64,000 nucleotides of DNA, from positions 5,906-69,905 of the forward strand of contig CAJWEW010000002.1 in assembly GCA_913030915.1 (NCBI GenBank). The letters are read 5' to 3'. The notes under the pieces are model-generated. The model ran no database searches. It was given only the letters and a program-made list of their open reading frames with translations, and was not told where the DNA came from. A program made the position numbers and the translations under genes. Origin of the DNA: an uncultured Rhodobiaceae bacterium. GTDB taxonomy: Bacteria; Pseudomonadota; Alphaproteobacteria; Rhizobiales; TMED25. Below, piece after piece: positions 50,507-61,656 of the stretch (its first letter is position 1; the number at the start of each line of letters is the position of its first letter).

Positions 50507-52750
50507 TTATTTAAAAAACCTTAGAAGTGGAATGTTTGAACTATTTCTGAGTTTTAAGCTTTTTCCAATTCTCCCCCTCTCACCTAAATAATCACTTGCA
50601 TCTATTTTTATAATAGATCTGCTAGTGTTTTTATTCACTAGATTGATTACTTCATTCGGATTGGCTGAGGTGATGTCAATAATGGTACCATTTTTAAGGT
50701 TTTGAAAAATTATACCAGACCCACGGCTTAATCTTTTTATATCCTTATGACTGAAAACGAGTAGATTTCCTGAATCACTTATCACAGCAATATGGCTACC
50801 TGAAACTTGTCTGACGGCGCAAACGGAAGTACCTCGCGCAAGATTCATGACTAATCTACCATTACGTGTTGATGTAAGCATTTCTTTTTGTTTTGATATT
50901 ATTCCTTTACCTTCTTTTGATATCAAAATTAGATCGGGACCATCTAATGAATATTCGTTAACATGCAATATGTATTCGTCCTGAGTCAAATTCAAATACT
51001 TCTTAATTGGCTCAAAATCATTATTGTTTATTTTTAATTTATTTGCGTGAATGGAATATACTTTTCCGATGTTTGTGAATATCAGTAGCTTTTTTTCCGT
51101 AGTAATTTTTGAAGTGCACAGTAGCTTATCTTGATCCTTTAACTTGATGGCATTCTCATCTACATTGTGACCCTCAACAGTTCTTATCCAACCTTTTTCA
51201 GTAAGGAAGACCGTTACGGAGAACTCTTCATCACAGTTTTCCAACTCAATATCTGATGGAGCCTGAATTAGGGTTAGCCGCCTCGACATACTTGATAAAT
51301 TTTTGTCTTCAGTAAATAAATTCTTGAGTACATTAACCTCCTCAAGCATTCTTAATTTTTGAATGGAAGGAGAAATAAGAATTTCTTTTATCTCTTTTCT
51401 TTGCTTCTTGAATTTTTTTAAGTCATTTTTCAACGATATTTCCTCGAGTTTTCTGAGAGATCTCAGTTTCATTTCCAAAATAGACTCCGCTTGGGTTTCT
51501 GATATATCAAATTCTGAAATTAAGTCAGCTTTTGGTGTGTCGCTATTCCTAATTATTGAAATTACCTGGTCGATATTCATGTAAACAATTAGGTAGCCCT
51601 CGAGGTTGTGTATCTTTTTCTCGGCCCTTTCCAAGTAAAACTCATTACTTTTGATCAGAATTTGGTGTCGATGATCAAGCCATTGTATAATAATTTCTCT
51701 CAAGCTTAAGACTCTTGGTATTTTTCCTTCTCCACCTTGCAGAACATTCATATTTATTGATAAATTTACTTCAAGATCTGTAAATTTATATAGGTTACCC
51801 ATAATCTGAAGGGCTGGAATACTTGCGTTTTTTGGTTTGATTATAATACATACATTTTCATCAGACTCATCTCTCACATCAGCAATATTTTTTATTGTTT
51901 TTGACAGAATGCAATCAGCTAGTTTCTCAATAAGCTTCGATTTTTGAATCCCAAACGGAATTTCTGTGATTTTTATCACATAGCTGTTGTTAATTTTCAC
52001 TTCTTCCCATTTGCATCTGATCTTTAGCGAGCCCCTGCCTTTTTGATAGATCTCGTGGATTTCCTCCTTAGTTGAAACAATCACACCACCAGTTGGCAGA
52101 TCTGGGCCATTGAAATTCTTCATTAAAGCATCGCCATCAATGTCCTCGTTCTCAATGAGTAATTCAGCCATTTCAAGTATCTCGATTATATTGTGTGGCG
52201 GTATATTTGTAGCCATTCCTACAGCAATCCCGCTCGAGCCGTTTGCAAGTAAATTTGGAAAGGAGGATGGAAAGACGGTTGGCTCATACTCGGTTTCATC
52301 ATAATTCCTAATGAATTTTGTGGTGCCGTCATTAATCTTATCCATAATTAATTCGGAAACTCTTGTTAATCTGGACTCCGTGTATCTCATCGCAGCAGCA
52401 TTGTCACCATCAATGTTTCCAAAATTGCCCTGACCTTGTATCAGCGGATATCTATGAGAAAAATCTTGTGCAAGTTTAACAAGAGAGTCATAAACAGCTT
52501 GCTCTCCATGCGGGTGATACTTACCTATTACGTCACCAACAACCCTGGCGCATTTTTTAAATGACTCCTCAGAACCGAGCTTAAGTTCAGACATTGCAAA
52601 TAAAAGTCTTCTATGGACTGGTTTAAGTCCATCCCTTACGTCAGGAAGAGCCCTATCGGTGATTGTCGATAGAGCGTAGGATAAGTATTTTTCTTTCAGA
52701 AGGTCAATAAAGTCAGATTTTATATTAATCTCTTCAATATTATCAGTCAC
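50507..52750 (-). CDS. parC: DNA topoisomerase IV subunit A
   Basis: [33 protein letters not shown]; C-terminal pinwheel without a GyrA box; GTG start. Confidence 0.93.
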   Translation of the reverse strand: MTDNIEEINIKSDFIDLLKEKYLSYALSTITDRALPDVRDGLKPVHRRLLFAMSELKLGSEESFKKCARVVGDVIGKYHPHGEQAVYDSLVKLAQDFSHRYPLIQGQGNFGNIDGDNAAAMRYTESRLTRVSELIMDKINDGTTKFIRNYDETEYEPTVFPSSFPNLLANGSSGIAVGMATNIPPHNIIEILEMAELLIENEDIDGDALMKNFNGPDLPTGGVIVSTKEEIHEIYQKGRGSLKIRCKWEEVKINNSYVIKITEIPFGIQKSKLIEKLADCILSKTIKNIADVRDESDENVCIIIKPKNASIPALQIMGNLYKFTDLEVNLSINMNVLQGGEGKIPRVLSLREIIIQWLDHRHQILIKSNEFYLERAEKKIHNLEGYLIVYMNIDQVISIIRNSDTPKADLISEFDISETQAESILEMKLRSLRKLEEISLKNDLKKFKKQRKEIKEILISPSIQKLRMLEEVNVLKNLFTEDKNLSSMSRRLTLIQAPSDIELENCDEEFSVTVFLTEKGWIRTVEGHNVDENAIKLKDQDKLLCTSKITTEKKLLIFTNIGKVYSIHANKLKINNNDFEPIKKYLNLTQDEYILHVNEYSLDGPDLILISKEGKGIISKQKEMLTSTRNGRLVMNLARGTSVCAVRQVSGSHIAVISDSGNLLVFSHKDIKRLSRGSGIIFQNLKNGTIIDITSANPNEVINLVNKNTSRSIIKIDASDYLGERGRIGKSLKLRNSSNIPLLRFFK

Positions 52751-52753
52751 AAT

Positions 52754-53476
52754 CTATGTCTCAAAACTATTTATAAGTTTGTAAAGACTAGCACGAAAAC
52801 TTGTTACTTTTAATTGTAATGGCTTATATACATCCCTTTTCAAAAAATATTCTGTTAATAAGAGCCCTTTTAATAGATCATCACGGTCCGTATATTTTGC
52901 ATCACTTATAAATTCTGGAATCTCTAATAGTTTATCTTTATAGGGCAAGCCAATTTCTTGTGTTACAGCCCTACCAGATTTTGGGGAGACATATTTTAAA
53001 TTATCCTTAGACTTTGTTACTGCGCATTCTGATATATCAATACCATAACCAATTTCCCTCAAATACATTAATTCCCATAAAATAAAGCTTTTAACTTGCT
53101 CAAAATTTTCGTGGGACTGATCAAGTACTGCTTCAGTTTGGCTATAAATTTCTGTGACATTTTCTCTTTCCGGCAGTAATCTTAAATGCGAAATCAAGTT
53201 TTGAAGAACCAGGATTGCAAATTTATTTTTCATTAGGTCTAATGAGCGTGAGGTATGTAATTCGAATGAGAAAACACCAAGATGCTCAGAAAGTCGTGAC
53301 CTCCAGTTGAAATTAATTGTACTACCGGGCTGTAAAATTGATTTATTACTCTTTGACTGATACCCTCTGACGAGTCCGAGGTGGCGTCCATGACTCTTTG
53401 TTATAAGTTCAAGTATACCAGAACTTTCACCGTGTTTTCGCACGGATATAACGATACCTATGTCCTCAAAATTCAC
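52754..53476 (-). CDS. recO: DNA repair protein RecO
   Basis: RKHGESS, LQPG, RLSEHLG, CAVT, YVSPKSGRAV. Confidence 0.95.
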   Translation of the reverse strand: MNFEDIGIVISVRKHGESSGILELITKSHGRHLGLVRGYQSKSNKSILQPGSTINFNWRSRLSEHLGVFSFELHTSRSLDLMKNKFAILVLQNLISHLRLLPERENVTEIYSQTEAVLDQSHENFEQVKSFILWELMYLREIGYGIDISECAVTKSKDNLKYVSPKSGRAVTQEIGLPYKDKLLEIPEFISDAKYTDRDDLLKGLLLTEYFLKRDVYKPLQLKVTSFRASLYKLINSFET

Positions 53477-53514
53477 AATAGCTTCCTAAATATTTGCCAC
53501 TCATATACGCAACC

Positions 53515-54393
53515 TTATTCTATGAGTTCTATAGCTGTATTTTTCTTTTTTTGTTTTATGAACAAAAAAAGGTGTATTTTTTTGCCGAGGTGCCTTTCGA
53601 TTTCTTGCCTTGCCTGCATTGATATTTGTTTTATTTTATCCCCATTCTTACCAAGAATTATTTTCTTATGATTGCTATTATTTACGTAAATGTTTTGGTG
53701 TATTTGAACCTCGTTCTTCTTTTTCTCATCCCATTTTTCGGTTTCTATTATAACTGAATATGGTATCTCTTTGTGCACATGATACAATATTCTCTCCCGC
53801 GTAAATTCTTCAGCAATAAATTTATCAGAGATGTTTGTGGACTGATTTGCGGGAAACTCCCATTCTCTTTTCGGAATTTTAGAAATCAGAACGTCCAAGA
53901 ACTCTCTAACCCCATCATTTTTTAATGCCGACAAGAGGTAGATGTCATTTTGATTTATGCTGCCTTTTATGTCATCCATTAATTTTAATAAATCTGGTTT
54001 TCTGACAAGGTCAATCTTATTGATAATGATTACGATTTCTTGATTTGTAGTCATCTTGCCAAGGCTCTTGTATGCATCCTTATCAAACCCTTTTTGGGCC
54101 TCTACCATATAAACAATGACATCTGAGCGTTCCAAGCTTGTGATTGCCTCTTTTATGAAGGACCTATCCTTAAATCTTTTTGGATTGAAAAGACCAGGAG
54201 TGTCTATCAATATCAGCTGAGATGTTTCCTTTGTTAATATCGCCTGAATTCGTGTTCTTGTCGTCTGAACCTTATGAGATACGATTGATAATTTTCTACC
54301 AAGTATTGAATTTAATAATGTTGATTTTCCAGCATTCGTTGGCCCTACTATTGTTATGTACCCGCATTTTTGGTTGCCTTTAAGATTTAACAT
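53515..54393 (-). CDS. era: GTPase Era
   Basis: GPTNAGKST, TTR, DTPG, NKID and KH domain. ATG at 54393 preferred (track 54405). Confidence 0.96.
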   Translation of the reverse strand: MLNLKGNQKCGYITIVGPTNAGKSTLLNSILGRKLSIVSHKVQTTRTRIQAILTKETSQLILIDTPGLFNPKRFKDRSFIKEAITSLERSDVIVYMVEAQKGFDKDAYKSLGKMTTNQEIVIIINKIDLVRKPDLLKLMDDIKGSINQNDIYLLSALKNDGVREFLDVLISKIPKREWEFPANQSTNISDKFIAEEFTRERILYHVHKEIPYSVIIETEKWDEKKKNEVQIHQNIYVNNSNHKKIILGKNGDKIKQISMQARQEIERHLGKKIHLFLFIKQKKKNTAIELIE

Positions 54394-55057
54394 ATTCACT
54401 ACCAAGAGCTTTTACCGCAGCATTACGTTCTGCCTGCTTTTTCGTATTTCCCACGGCTTTTACCTCGAATTCATTATTCAAAATGACATTGACCGTAAAT
54501 TCCGGACTGTGATCAGGCCCACGCTTCTCAACCTCGACATATACTGGTAATCCAATACCTCTCGAATGGCACCATTCTTGTAATTCTGTCTTCGGGTCGA
54601 TCGGCGGTGGCTCATTATAGTTCAAATAATTTGCCCAATGCATTGAAATAAAATTATATGCACATTGGTAATCGCTATCCAGAAATATCGCAGCAATAAG
54701 TGCCTCCAACGCATCAGATAAGATTGCACTTTTATCCCTTCCGCCCGTTTTTTCTTCATTATTACTCAACCTTATATACTCATTCAGTGCTATATCTCGT
54801 GCTATCTTGGCAAGAGTATCCTCATTTACCAGATGATGCATTCTTCGTGTGAGGTCACCTTCGGGTTCATTTGGAAATTTTTTATATAAAATATCTGCAA
54901 TAATTAGCCCAAGGATTCTATCTCCCAGAAATTCTAGCCTCTGAAAATTTAAATTCTTTCTTTTGGCTTTTGTTGTATGCGTAACTGCATCAAAAAGAAT
55001 TTTCTCATCATTAAATTCATAAGATATACTATCGTAAATTTTTTTTATATCTTGCAT
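54380..55057 (-). CDS. rnc: Ribonuclease III
   Basis: QRLEFLGDRILG, DALEALIAAIFLD, DPKTELQE, GPDHSP. Confidence 0.97.
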   Translation of the reverse strand: MQDIKKIYDSISYEFNDEKILFDAVTHTTKAKRKNLNFQRLEFLGDRILGLIIADILYKKFPNEPEGDLTRRMHHLVNEDTLAKIARDIALNEYIRLSNNEEKTGGRDKSAILSDALEALIAAIFLDSDYQCAYNFISMHWANYLNYNEPPPIDPKTELQEWCHSRGIGLPVYVEVEKRGPDHSPEFTVNVILNNEFEVKAVGNTKKQAERNAAVKALGSEYVKS

Positions 55058-55059
55058 GA

Positions 55060-55791
55060 CTATTTAATCTTTTTAAAAATTCTATCCGCTCGAAATTTTT
55101 TATGCCATTGCCAAAACTTCCAAAGGGGGATCGACTTATCTGAAGAGAAAAATAAAAATTCGGCTCTGCCGATCAGATTCTCATAGGGTACATATCCAAC
55201 TTGGTCCAAGAAACGCGAGTCAAGTGAGTTATCTCTATTATCACCCATAAAAAAATAGTGGTCCTTTGGAACAATGTATACACCTGTATTATCACCAATA
55301 CCGTTATCCTCCAAATTCAATATATTATAAGACTTTTGTTGAATTTTTTCGGTTAGCAGACTACTTTTTGGATAGCTGGAAAAATATTTGCCTTTGTTTT
55401 TGCTTTGGGACTGCTCAATAACGCCATCATTAATATATATAGTGCCGTTGACAATGATAATTTCATCTCCTGGAAGACCTATAATGCGCTTTATGTAGTC
55501 TATTGATGGGTCTTTCGGAAGCCTAAAAACAACCACATCCCCCCTTTTTGGTTGCTTTTTAAGTATCCGGCCTTCAATGATGTTTGGGGAAAATGGCAGT
55601 GAGTATCGTGAGTAGCCATAGGAATATTTTGAAACAAATAAAAAATCACCAACAAGAAGATTTGGTAACATTGATCCAGAAGGTATTGTGAATGGCTGGA
55701 TAATGAAAGTTCTAATAAAAAAAGCAATCAGAATTGCATAAATTAGCGTCTTGATATTATCCAATATATTATTTTTATTCTTTGATTTCAT
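55060..55791 (-). CDS. lepB: Signal peptidase I
   Basis: IPSGSM, YIKRIIGLPGD, MGDNRDNSLDSR. Confidence 0.97.
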   Translation of the reverse strand: MKSKNKNNILDNIKTLIYAILIAFFIRTFIIQPFTIPSGSMLPNLLVGDFLFVSKYSYGYSRYSLPFSPNIIEGRILKKQPKRGDVVVFRLPKDPSIDYIKRIIGLPGDEIIIVNGTIYINDGVIEQSQSKNKGKYFSSYPKSSLLTEKIQQKSYNILNLEDNGIGDNTGVYIVPKDHYFFMGDNRDNSLDSRFLDQVGYVPYENLIGRAEFLFFSSDKSIPLWKFWQWHKKFRADRIFKKIK

Positions 55792-55795
55792 AAGC

Positions 55796-56191
55796 TCAAT
55801 CTAATGATGTTATTATGACGGTCGCCTGCGCATATGGATACTCATCTGTAATGCTTAAATCAATTTGGCCAGAGGTATTTTGTGGTAATAATTTTTCAAA
55901 CACGGATCTTGCGCCATTATGAAGAAATAATTCTGGCTTTCCAGATTTGTTATTTATAACTTCAATATCCCTCCAATATACGCCCTTTCTAAACCCTGTA
56001 CCAAGAGCTTTTGAGCATGCCTCTTTTGCAGCATATCTCTTGGCATAAGAATTTGCGCTTAATTTTCGCGCTTCACATTTAAGGATTTCTTTTTTTGTAT
56101 ATACTCTATTTTTAAAACGATCGCCAAATCTATTAATTACCATCTCGATCCTTGTAATATCAATGATGTCTGTCCCTATTCCAATTATCAT
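55796..56191 (-). CDS. acpS: Holo-ACP synthase
   Basis: GIGTDI, AAKEACSKALGTG, GKP, LSITDE. Confidence 0.96.
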   Translation of the reverse strand: MIIGIGTDIIDITRIEMVINRFGDRFKNRVYTKKEILKCEARKLSANSYAKRYAAKEACSKALGTGFRKGVYWRDIEVINNKSGKPELFLHNGARSVFEKLLPQNTSGQIDLSITDEYPYAQATVIITSLD

Positions 56192-56197
56192 CCAAAA

Positions 56198-56947
56198 TTA
56201 AGACCTCTCACTGTTTAGTATAGCCCTGAATTTTTTTATCACACAATCTAAGCCTTCAAATACAGCTTCGCCTATAATAAAATGTCCAATATTCAATTCT
56301 TTCAGTACATTAATTCTTGAGATAGCCCTAGCTGTTTCAAATGCCAGACCGTGGCCTGCATGGACCTCAAGTCCAATTTCATGCGCAAAAATGGAGATAT
56401 TATTTAAATGATCAAATTCATCATTATGAATTTCTCCGTTCTTATTAAAATTATTTGCAAAACTTCCTGTGTGAATTTCAACTATGTCTGCGCCCAATTC
56501 TTTCGCTATCTCAATATCTTTCTTTTGAGGATCAATAAATAGTGAAACTCGAATTGCATTGCCTCTAAGTTTATTAATGCAATCGCTTAATTTGTTTATG
56601 TTTGCGCTCAAATTTAATCCACCCTCAGTTGTAACTTCTTGCCTTTTTTCAGGAACAATACAGCATGCATTTGGCTTGTGCTTAATTGCAATATCCAGCA
56701 TCTCTTTTGTTGCAGCCATTTCTAGGTTTAGAGGTAAATCAATCTCTTTAATCAATCTTTCAATATCTTGGTCACTTATGTGTCTTCTATCTTCTCTTAA
56801 GTGAGCTGTAATTCCATCAGCTCCAGCTTGATAAGCAATATTTGCAGCTCTCAGCGGATCAGGGTGAAATCCACCTCTTGCATTACGAATTGTTGCCACA
56901 TGATCTATGTTTACCCCAAGCCTGAGATAATTATCTTTTTCTATCAT
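56198..56947 (-). CDS. pdxJ: Pyridoxine 5'-phosphate synthase
   Basis: LGVNIDHVATIRNAR, HLREDRRHI, TTEGG, HAGHGL, ELNIGH. Confidence 0.97.
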   Translation of the reverse strand: MIEKDNYLRLGVNIDHVATIRNARGGFHPDPLRAANIAYQAGADGITAHLREDRRHISDQDIERLIKEIDLPLNLEMAATKEMLDIAIKHKPNACCIVPEKRQEVTTEGGLNLSANINKLSDCINKLRGNAIRVSLFIDPQKKDIEIAKELGADIVEIHTGSFANNFNKNGEIHNDEFDHLNNISIFAHEIGLEVHAGHGLAFETARAISRINVLKELNIGHFIIGEAVFEGLDCVIKKFRAILNSERS

Positions 56948-57525
56948 TTTAAATTTCTACTGCCAGGTTTTGAGATTGGGATATCATTGAGCCATGACGG
57001 TATATTTGACTCATCATAGGTTTCGATTGTCATCTCAGCAAGTGAAACAAGGTCAACTCCAACATTTGCAGCACCAGATGATCTATCTATCAAACATGCT
57101 GCACCTATCACATTGCCATGATGTTCGGTTATTGCTGATATACACTCCCGAGAGGATAACCCAGTAGTTACTATATCTTCAACCATAATACATTTTGTCT
57201 GCTTTTTAATTTCAAATCCTCGACGTAACTGAAATTGCCCTTCAACTCTCTCAAAGAAAATGGCTGGAACACCCAATTGTTTTGCAACTTCATAACCTAC
57301 AATTACCCCGCCCATTGCTGGCGATACAATCAGATCAATAGACCCAAATGTCTCTGATATTTTTTTTGCGAGTTCTTTGCAAAGAAATTGGGAGATTTTT
57401 GGAAACATCATTACTCTGGCACATTGAATATACTTTGCTGAGTGTAGCCCTGAACTTAAAACGAAATGGCCCTCCAATAGGGCTCCCGCTTCTTTAAATT
57501 TTTTAAATATTTGGTCCTGACTCAT
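56944..57525 (-). CDS. pyrE: Orotate phosphoribosyltransferase
   Basis: GHFVLSSGLHS, PAMGG, VEDIVTTGLS. Confidence 0.95.
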   Translation of the reverse strand: MSQDQIFKKFKEAGALLEGHFVLSSGLHSAKYIQCARVMMFPKISQFLCKELAKKISETFGSIDLIVSPAMGGVIVGYEVAKQLGVPAIFFERVEGQFQLRRGFEIKKQTKCIMVEDIVTTGLSSRECISAITEHHGNVIGAACLIDRSSGAANVGVDLVSLAEMTIETYDESNIPSWLNDIPISKPGSRNLK

Positions 57526-57533
57526 TTAAGTGT

Positions 57534-59660
57534 TTATTCCATAATTCTAACAACTCGATGTACCACAGCAATCTTCCTAATTGAACTTATAACCAAATTC
57601 AGATGTGATAGATGAAATACACCAATATCAATATCAAGTTTATAAAAATCTCTGGATCTTGAAACCAGCTTCAAATTTTCAATATTTGCATTAGATAGGC
57701 CTATAGCCCGTGTGATTTTTGCTAATGCGCCGACTTCATTTTTGCAATCAATCATCACTCTTGCTATATATCTCTCTGTTAAATTATTCTCAATATCCCA
57801 TGTAAGATCAATAAAAGACGCTGCATTTTCTGAATATTTAACAAGATTTTTTGATTGTTTCGAATAGATAGTTATGCCCTCTTCGCCATCTATAACACCA
57901 AAAATCTTATCGCCAGGTACCACCCGACTGTTATCTGCAAATTTAAATGGTATATTTTTATCAAAACCACGGACAGGTATACTGACCGCATTAATGGTCG
58001 GATCAAACGCAGAATTTGGATCTTCATTTGCCTTAATTATCTTCATTTTTAAAAAAGCTTTACGAATAGACTCCGGTGTAATCTCACCTCTACCAATCTT
58101 GCTGTATAGATCGGCTGCAGACTTAAGACCAAATTTTTTACAAAAATCCTTCATATTTGGTATTTTCTTAGCATCCGTCGAAGACTTTAACAACTTATCA
58201 AGAATTTGTTTTCCTAATTCTGAATATTGGTTTTTTATTTTTTCCTTATTAATTCGTCGGATAGCTATTTTTGCTTTCCCAGTGAGTGCTATTTTTTCCC
58301 ATGCCATCGGCGGTAAGGACTTATCATCAGTAATAATTTCTATTTCATCACCATTATCAAGCTCAGCATACAAAGGCGCATTTAGACCATTAACCCTGCA
58401 GCCTATACATTTCATTCCAACATCTGTGTGAACCTCAAAAGCGAAATCAATTGGCGTTGCCCCAATGGGTAAAGCTATTATTCTGCCCTTTGGTGTGAAA
58501 CAAAATACCTGATCTTGAAATAGCTCCAATTTAGTACTTTCAAAGAAATCCTCGGAGCTTTCACCTTGCTCGAGCATCTCCAGTAGGTCGTCAAGCCAAG
58601 GATAATTCTGTTTCTCATTTTCTATTGATTTATCTTTATAGTTACGATGAGCAGCGACGCCTCTTTCAGCAAGATCATTCATTGAAGAAGTTCTAATTTG
58701 CAACTCTATTCTGTTATTATCGGGTCCCAATATTGTAGTGTGAATTGACTGATAATCATTTATCTTTGGTGTTGATATATAATCTTTGAATCTTCCAGGT
58801 ATCGCATTCCATTTTTGATGAACAATCCCAATGATACGATAGCAATCATCAATAGAGTTAACAATAATTCGAAAGCCATATATATCAGAGAGTTGCTCAA
58901 GAGATATAGACTTTCTGTTCATTTTTCTCCATATGGAGAAAGGTTTCTTTTCCCTACCTTCAATCGTGAAGTTGATTTTATTTTTTTTTATTTCTTTTGA
59001 TAAATCAGCTTTTATGCTGTCAATTAGTTCGCCTGAATCTGAGCTAATTGACAATAGCTTATCAAGAATAATTTTTCGAGCCTTTGGATTAATAACATCG
59101 AATGCCAGCTCTTCGAGCTCTTCTTTAAGTGAGTGAATTCCTAACCTCCCCGATAATGGTGCGTAAACCTCAATTGTTTCTTTTGCTATTATTTGTTGCT
59201 TTTCTTCAGGCAGGAAATTTATTGTACGCATGTTATGAAGTCTGTCTGCTAGTTTGACAATTAATACCCTCACATCATTCGACATTGCTAAAATTAATTT
59301 TCTAAAATTTTCGGCTTGTTCGGCTTCTTTTGTGAATAAATCCAATTTACCTATTTTTGTTAGACCATCAACGAGGCTGGCAATTTCTTCACCAAACTCA
59401 CCTCTCACTTCTTTCAGGGTTAGTTTTGTATCTTCTATTGTATCGTGCAACAGTGCTGTGATTATAGTAGAGTCATCTAATCTGTATTCTGTGAGTATTT
59501 TCGCAACCTCAAGCGGGTGAGAAATGTATGGATCTCCAGATCTTCGCTTTTGATTCTGATGCGCTATCTCGGCGATCACAAATGCCCTGTTAATAAGATC
59601 TTTATTAGTCGCCGGATTGTATTTTGTAATAGAGTCAATTAGAAGATTTTCATTAAGCAT
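57534..59660 (-). CDS. spoT: Bifunctional (p)ppGpp synthetase/hydrolase (long RSH)
   Basis: Intact HD hydrolase (LLHDTIEDT, KLADRLHNMRT), synthetase (GREK, SDIYGFR, YQSIHT, ELQIRT), TGS and ACT domains. Confidence 0.96.
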   Translation of the reverse strand: MLNENLLIDSITKYNPATNKDLINRAFVIAEIAHQNQKRRSGDPYISHPLEVAKILTEYRLDDSTIITALLHDTIEDTKLTLKEVRGEFGEEIASLVDGLTKIGKLDLFTKEAEQAENFRKLILAMSNDVRVLIVKLADRLHNMRTINFLPEEKQQIIAKETIEVYAPLSGRLGIHSLKEELEELAFDVINPKARKIILDKLLSISSDSGELIDSIKADLSKEIKKNKINFTIEGREKKPFSIWRKMNRKSISLEQLSDIYGFRIIVNSIDDCYRIIGIVHQKWNAIPGRFKDYISTPKINDYQSIHTTILGPDNNRIELQIRTSSMNDLAERGVAAHRNYKDKSIENEKQNYPWLDDLLEMLEQGESSEDFFESTKLELFQDQVFCFTPKGRIIALPIGATPIDFAFEVHTDVGMKCIGCRVNGLNAPLYAELDNGDEIEIITDDKSLPPMAWEKIALTGKAKIAIRRINKEKIKNQYSELGKQILDKLLKSSTDAKKIPNMKDFCKKFGLKSAADLYSKIGRGEITPESIRKAFLKMKIIKANEDPNSAFDPTINAVSIPVRGFDKNIPFKFADNSRVVPGDKIFGVIDGEEGITIYSKQSKNLVKYSENAASFIDLTWDIENNLTERYIARVMIDCKNEVGALAKITRAIGLSNANIENLKLVSRSRDFYKLDIDIGVFHLSHLNLVISSIRKIAVVHRVVRIME

Positions 59661-59690
59661 AATTCACCGTTTTGTATATTATATTAAGCT

Positions 59691-59720
59691 AGAATAGTTA
59701 ATACAATACTCAATTGTCAA
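59691..59720 (-). promoter_or_regulatory. Putative internal promoter for spoT
   Basis: TTGACA (59715-59720), 18-nt spacer, TATTCT (59691-59696), in the 105-bp rpoZ-spoT gap. Confidence 0.5.
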
Positions 59721-59765
59721 TTATCATGATTGGGTCTTCTCTAAATTTGTTATATTTTATCGGAA

Positions 59766-60170
59766 TTAAATTCTAGGCGGTTTGTATCCACTATCCGCCG
59801 CTATGGCTTTTTCCATCCCACGTAAAAGCTCCTCTTCAGACATTCTTTCATTGTCCTCTTCAATTTGCTCTATCGTGTCGCCGAATATTTTTGTATCAAG
59901 CGGTTCAACTGACGGCGCCGCATCTTCCTCAGGCTCATCTACTTCAACATGTTTTTGAAGTGAGTGAATCAGTTCTTCCCTCAAGTCTTCAGGGGTAACC
60001 TGACTATCTGCAATTTCTCTCAGTGCAACGACTGGATTTTTATCATTATCTCTGGCAACGGTGATTTGTGCCCCGCCAGCAATCATTCTTGCCCTGTGGC
60101 TTGCGACCAACACAAGATCAAATCTGTTAGCCACCTTTTCAATACAATCTTCAACAGTTACTCTTGCCAT
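59766..60170 (-). CDS. rpoZ: RNA polymerase subunit omega
   Basis: [28 protein letters not shown]; acidic C-terminal extension typical of alphaproteobacteria. Confidence 0.97.
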   Translation of the reverse strand: MARVTVEDCIEKVANRFDLVLVASHRARMIAGGAQITVARDNDKNPVVALREIADSQVTPEDLREELIHSLQKHVEVDEPEEDAAPSVEPLDTKIFGDTIEQIEEDNERMSEEELLRGMEKAIAADSGYKPPRI

Positions 60171-60234
60171 TTAGATACTCCTCTTGCATAAGGTTTATAT
60201 TTTTTTTTTATAAATATCAATTTAAAAATAAGAT

Positions 60235-60699
60235 TTATCCTTCTTTCTTTAGCAGTCTTTGCTTATTTCTATCCCAGTCTCTCTTTTTTTCCGTCTCTCT
60301 CTTGTCATATAACTTCTTTCCTCTTGCCACTGCAATTTCTAGCTTGGCGCGCCCTTGGTCATTAAAATATATTTTTAGGGGCACAATGGTCAGCCCTTTT
60401 TGTTCAATGTAACCTTGTATTTTTTTTATTTCTCTTTTGTGTAATAGGAGCGTTCTTATTCTTTTAGGACTTACCACTTTGTTAGATGCGTTTTTATATT
60501 CGTCTATATAAAGGTTATGAATTTGAATTTCACCATTGTTCGGTGAAGCATAAGTATCCGTTATATTAATCTTACTCATTCGCAAAGATTTTACTTCAGA
60601 ACCAGTGAGAACTATACCAGCTTCCATGGTATCGATGATTTCGTAATTAAATCTTGCCTTTCTATTTTGAGCAATAATCCTATTATTCTTCTCTGGCAT
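60235..60699 (-). CDS. smpB: SsrA-binding protein
   Basis: [40 protein letters not shown]. Confidence 0.97.
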   Translation of the reverse strand: MPEKNNRIIAQNRKARFNYEIIDTMEAGIVLTGSEVKSLRMSKINITDTYASPNNGEIQIHNLYIDEYKNASNKVVSPKRIRTLLLHKREIKKIQGYIEQKGLTIVPLKIYFNDQGRAKLEIAVARGKKLYDKRETEKKRDWDRNKQRLLKKEG

Positions 60700-60710
60700 T
60701 GAACCTAATT

Positions 60711-61586
60711 CTATAAAATACCTGCATAGATCATGGCGTCCCTGACAGCGTCCTGCGTTTCCGAAGTAACACTTACAAGCGGTAGCCTGACAACATCTTC
60801 ACAATAATCTAAGAGACTTAATGCATATTTTACTGGTGCTGGGCTGGTTTCCAAGAATAAAGCTTTGTGAAGAGGAATCAATTTATCCTGTATCGCTAGT
60901 GCTTTTTTGAAATCAAAAGATAAACAGGCATCCTGCAAATCGGCGCAAAGTCTTGGTGCAACATTTGATGTCACTGAGATGCACCCCCGACCGCCATGGG
61001 CCATCAAAGCCAAGGCTGTCATATCTTCACCGGATAGTTGAATAAAATTTTCACCAATCACATGCCTTTGTAAGCTAGTCCTTGAGATATCAGCGGTTGC
61101 GTCTTTGACGCCAATAATTCTATCAAGGCGTGATAATCGTGCCATGGTTTCAACCGACATATCAACGACACACCGTCCCGGTATATTATATATGATTATT
61201 GGTATGCCAGATATGTCATTGAGTTTTTTGAAATGCTGGTACATTCCCTCTTGAGTTGGCTTATTATAATATGGTGTGACAACAAGAGCTGCATCAGCTC
61301 CAACTGATGTGGCGTGCTCAATGAAGTCGATTGCCTCATCTGTATTGTTAGACCCCGTACCCGCAATTACTGGTACCTTTTTATTCACAGCCTTGACACA
61401 TGTTTCTATAACATTTTTATGCTCGTCATGGGATAATGTTGGCGATTCACCTGTTGTTCCAACAGGTACAAAGCCATTCGTTCCATTTTGCAACTGCCAA
61501 TTAATGTGTTTTATAAAATTAGCCTCATCGAATGCTCCATCCTTTTTGAAGGGTGTAACTAACGCTGTTATTGAACCACTTAACAT
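60711..61586 (-). CDS. dapA: 4-hydroxy-tetrahydrodipicolinate synthase
   Basis: GTTGES, PYYNKP, IYNIPGR, GVKDATA, LSGED. Confidence 0.97.
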   Translation of the reverse strand: MLSGSITALVTPFKKDGAFDEANFIKHINWQLQNGTNGFVPVGTTGESPTLSHDEHKNVIETCVKAVNKKVPVIAGTGSNNTDEAIDFIEHATSVGADAALVVTPYYNKPTQEGMYQHFKKLNDISGIPIIIYNIPGRCVVDMSVETMARLSRLDRIIGVKDATADISRTSLQRHVIGENFIQLSGEDMTALALMAHGGRGCISVTSNVAPRLCADLQDACLSFDFKKALAIQDKLIPLHKALFLETSPAPVKYALSLLDYCEDVVRLPLVSVTSETQDAVRDAMIYAGIL

Positions 61587-61656
61587 AAATTTTTTCCGTT
61601 ATAATTTTTTAATAGTATAATATTATCCCAATATACAATTTTAATTATTTAAATCA

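Noticed and set aside
57874-58431. Long antisense ORFs (185 aa opposite spoT; also 44370..44816, 36246..36695, 13283..13678 and similar)
   Set aside because: Shadow frames of well-conserved genes; Ser/Ile/Phe-rich, with no motifs or SDs.
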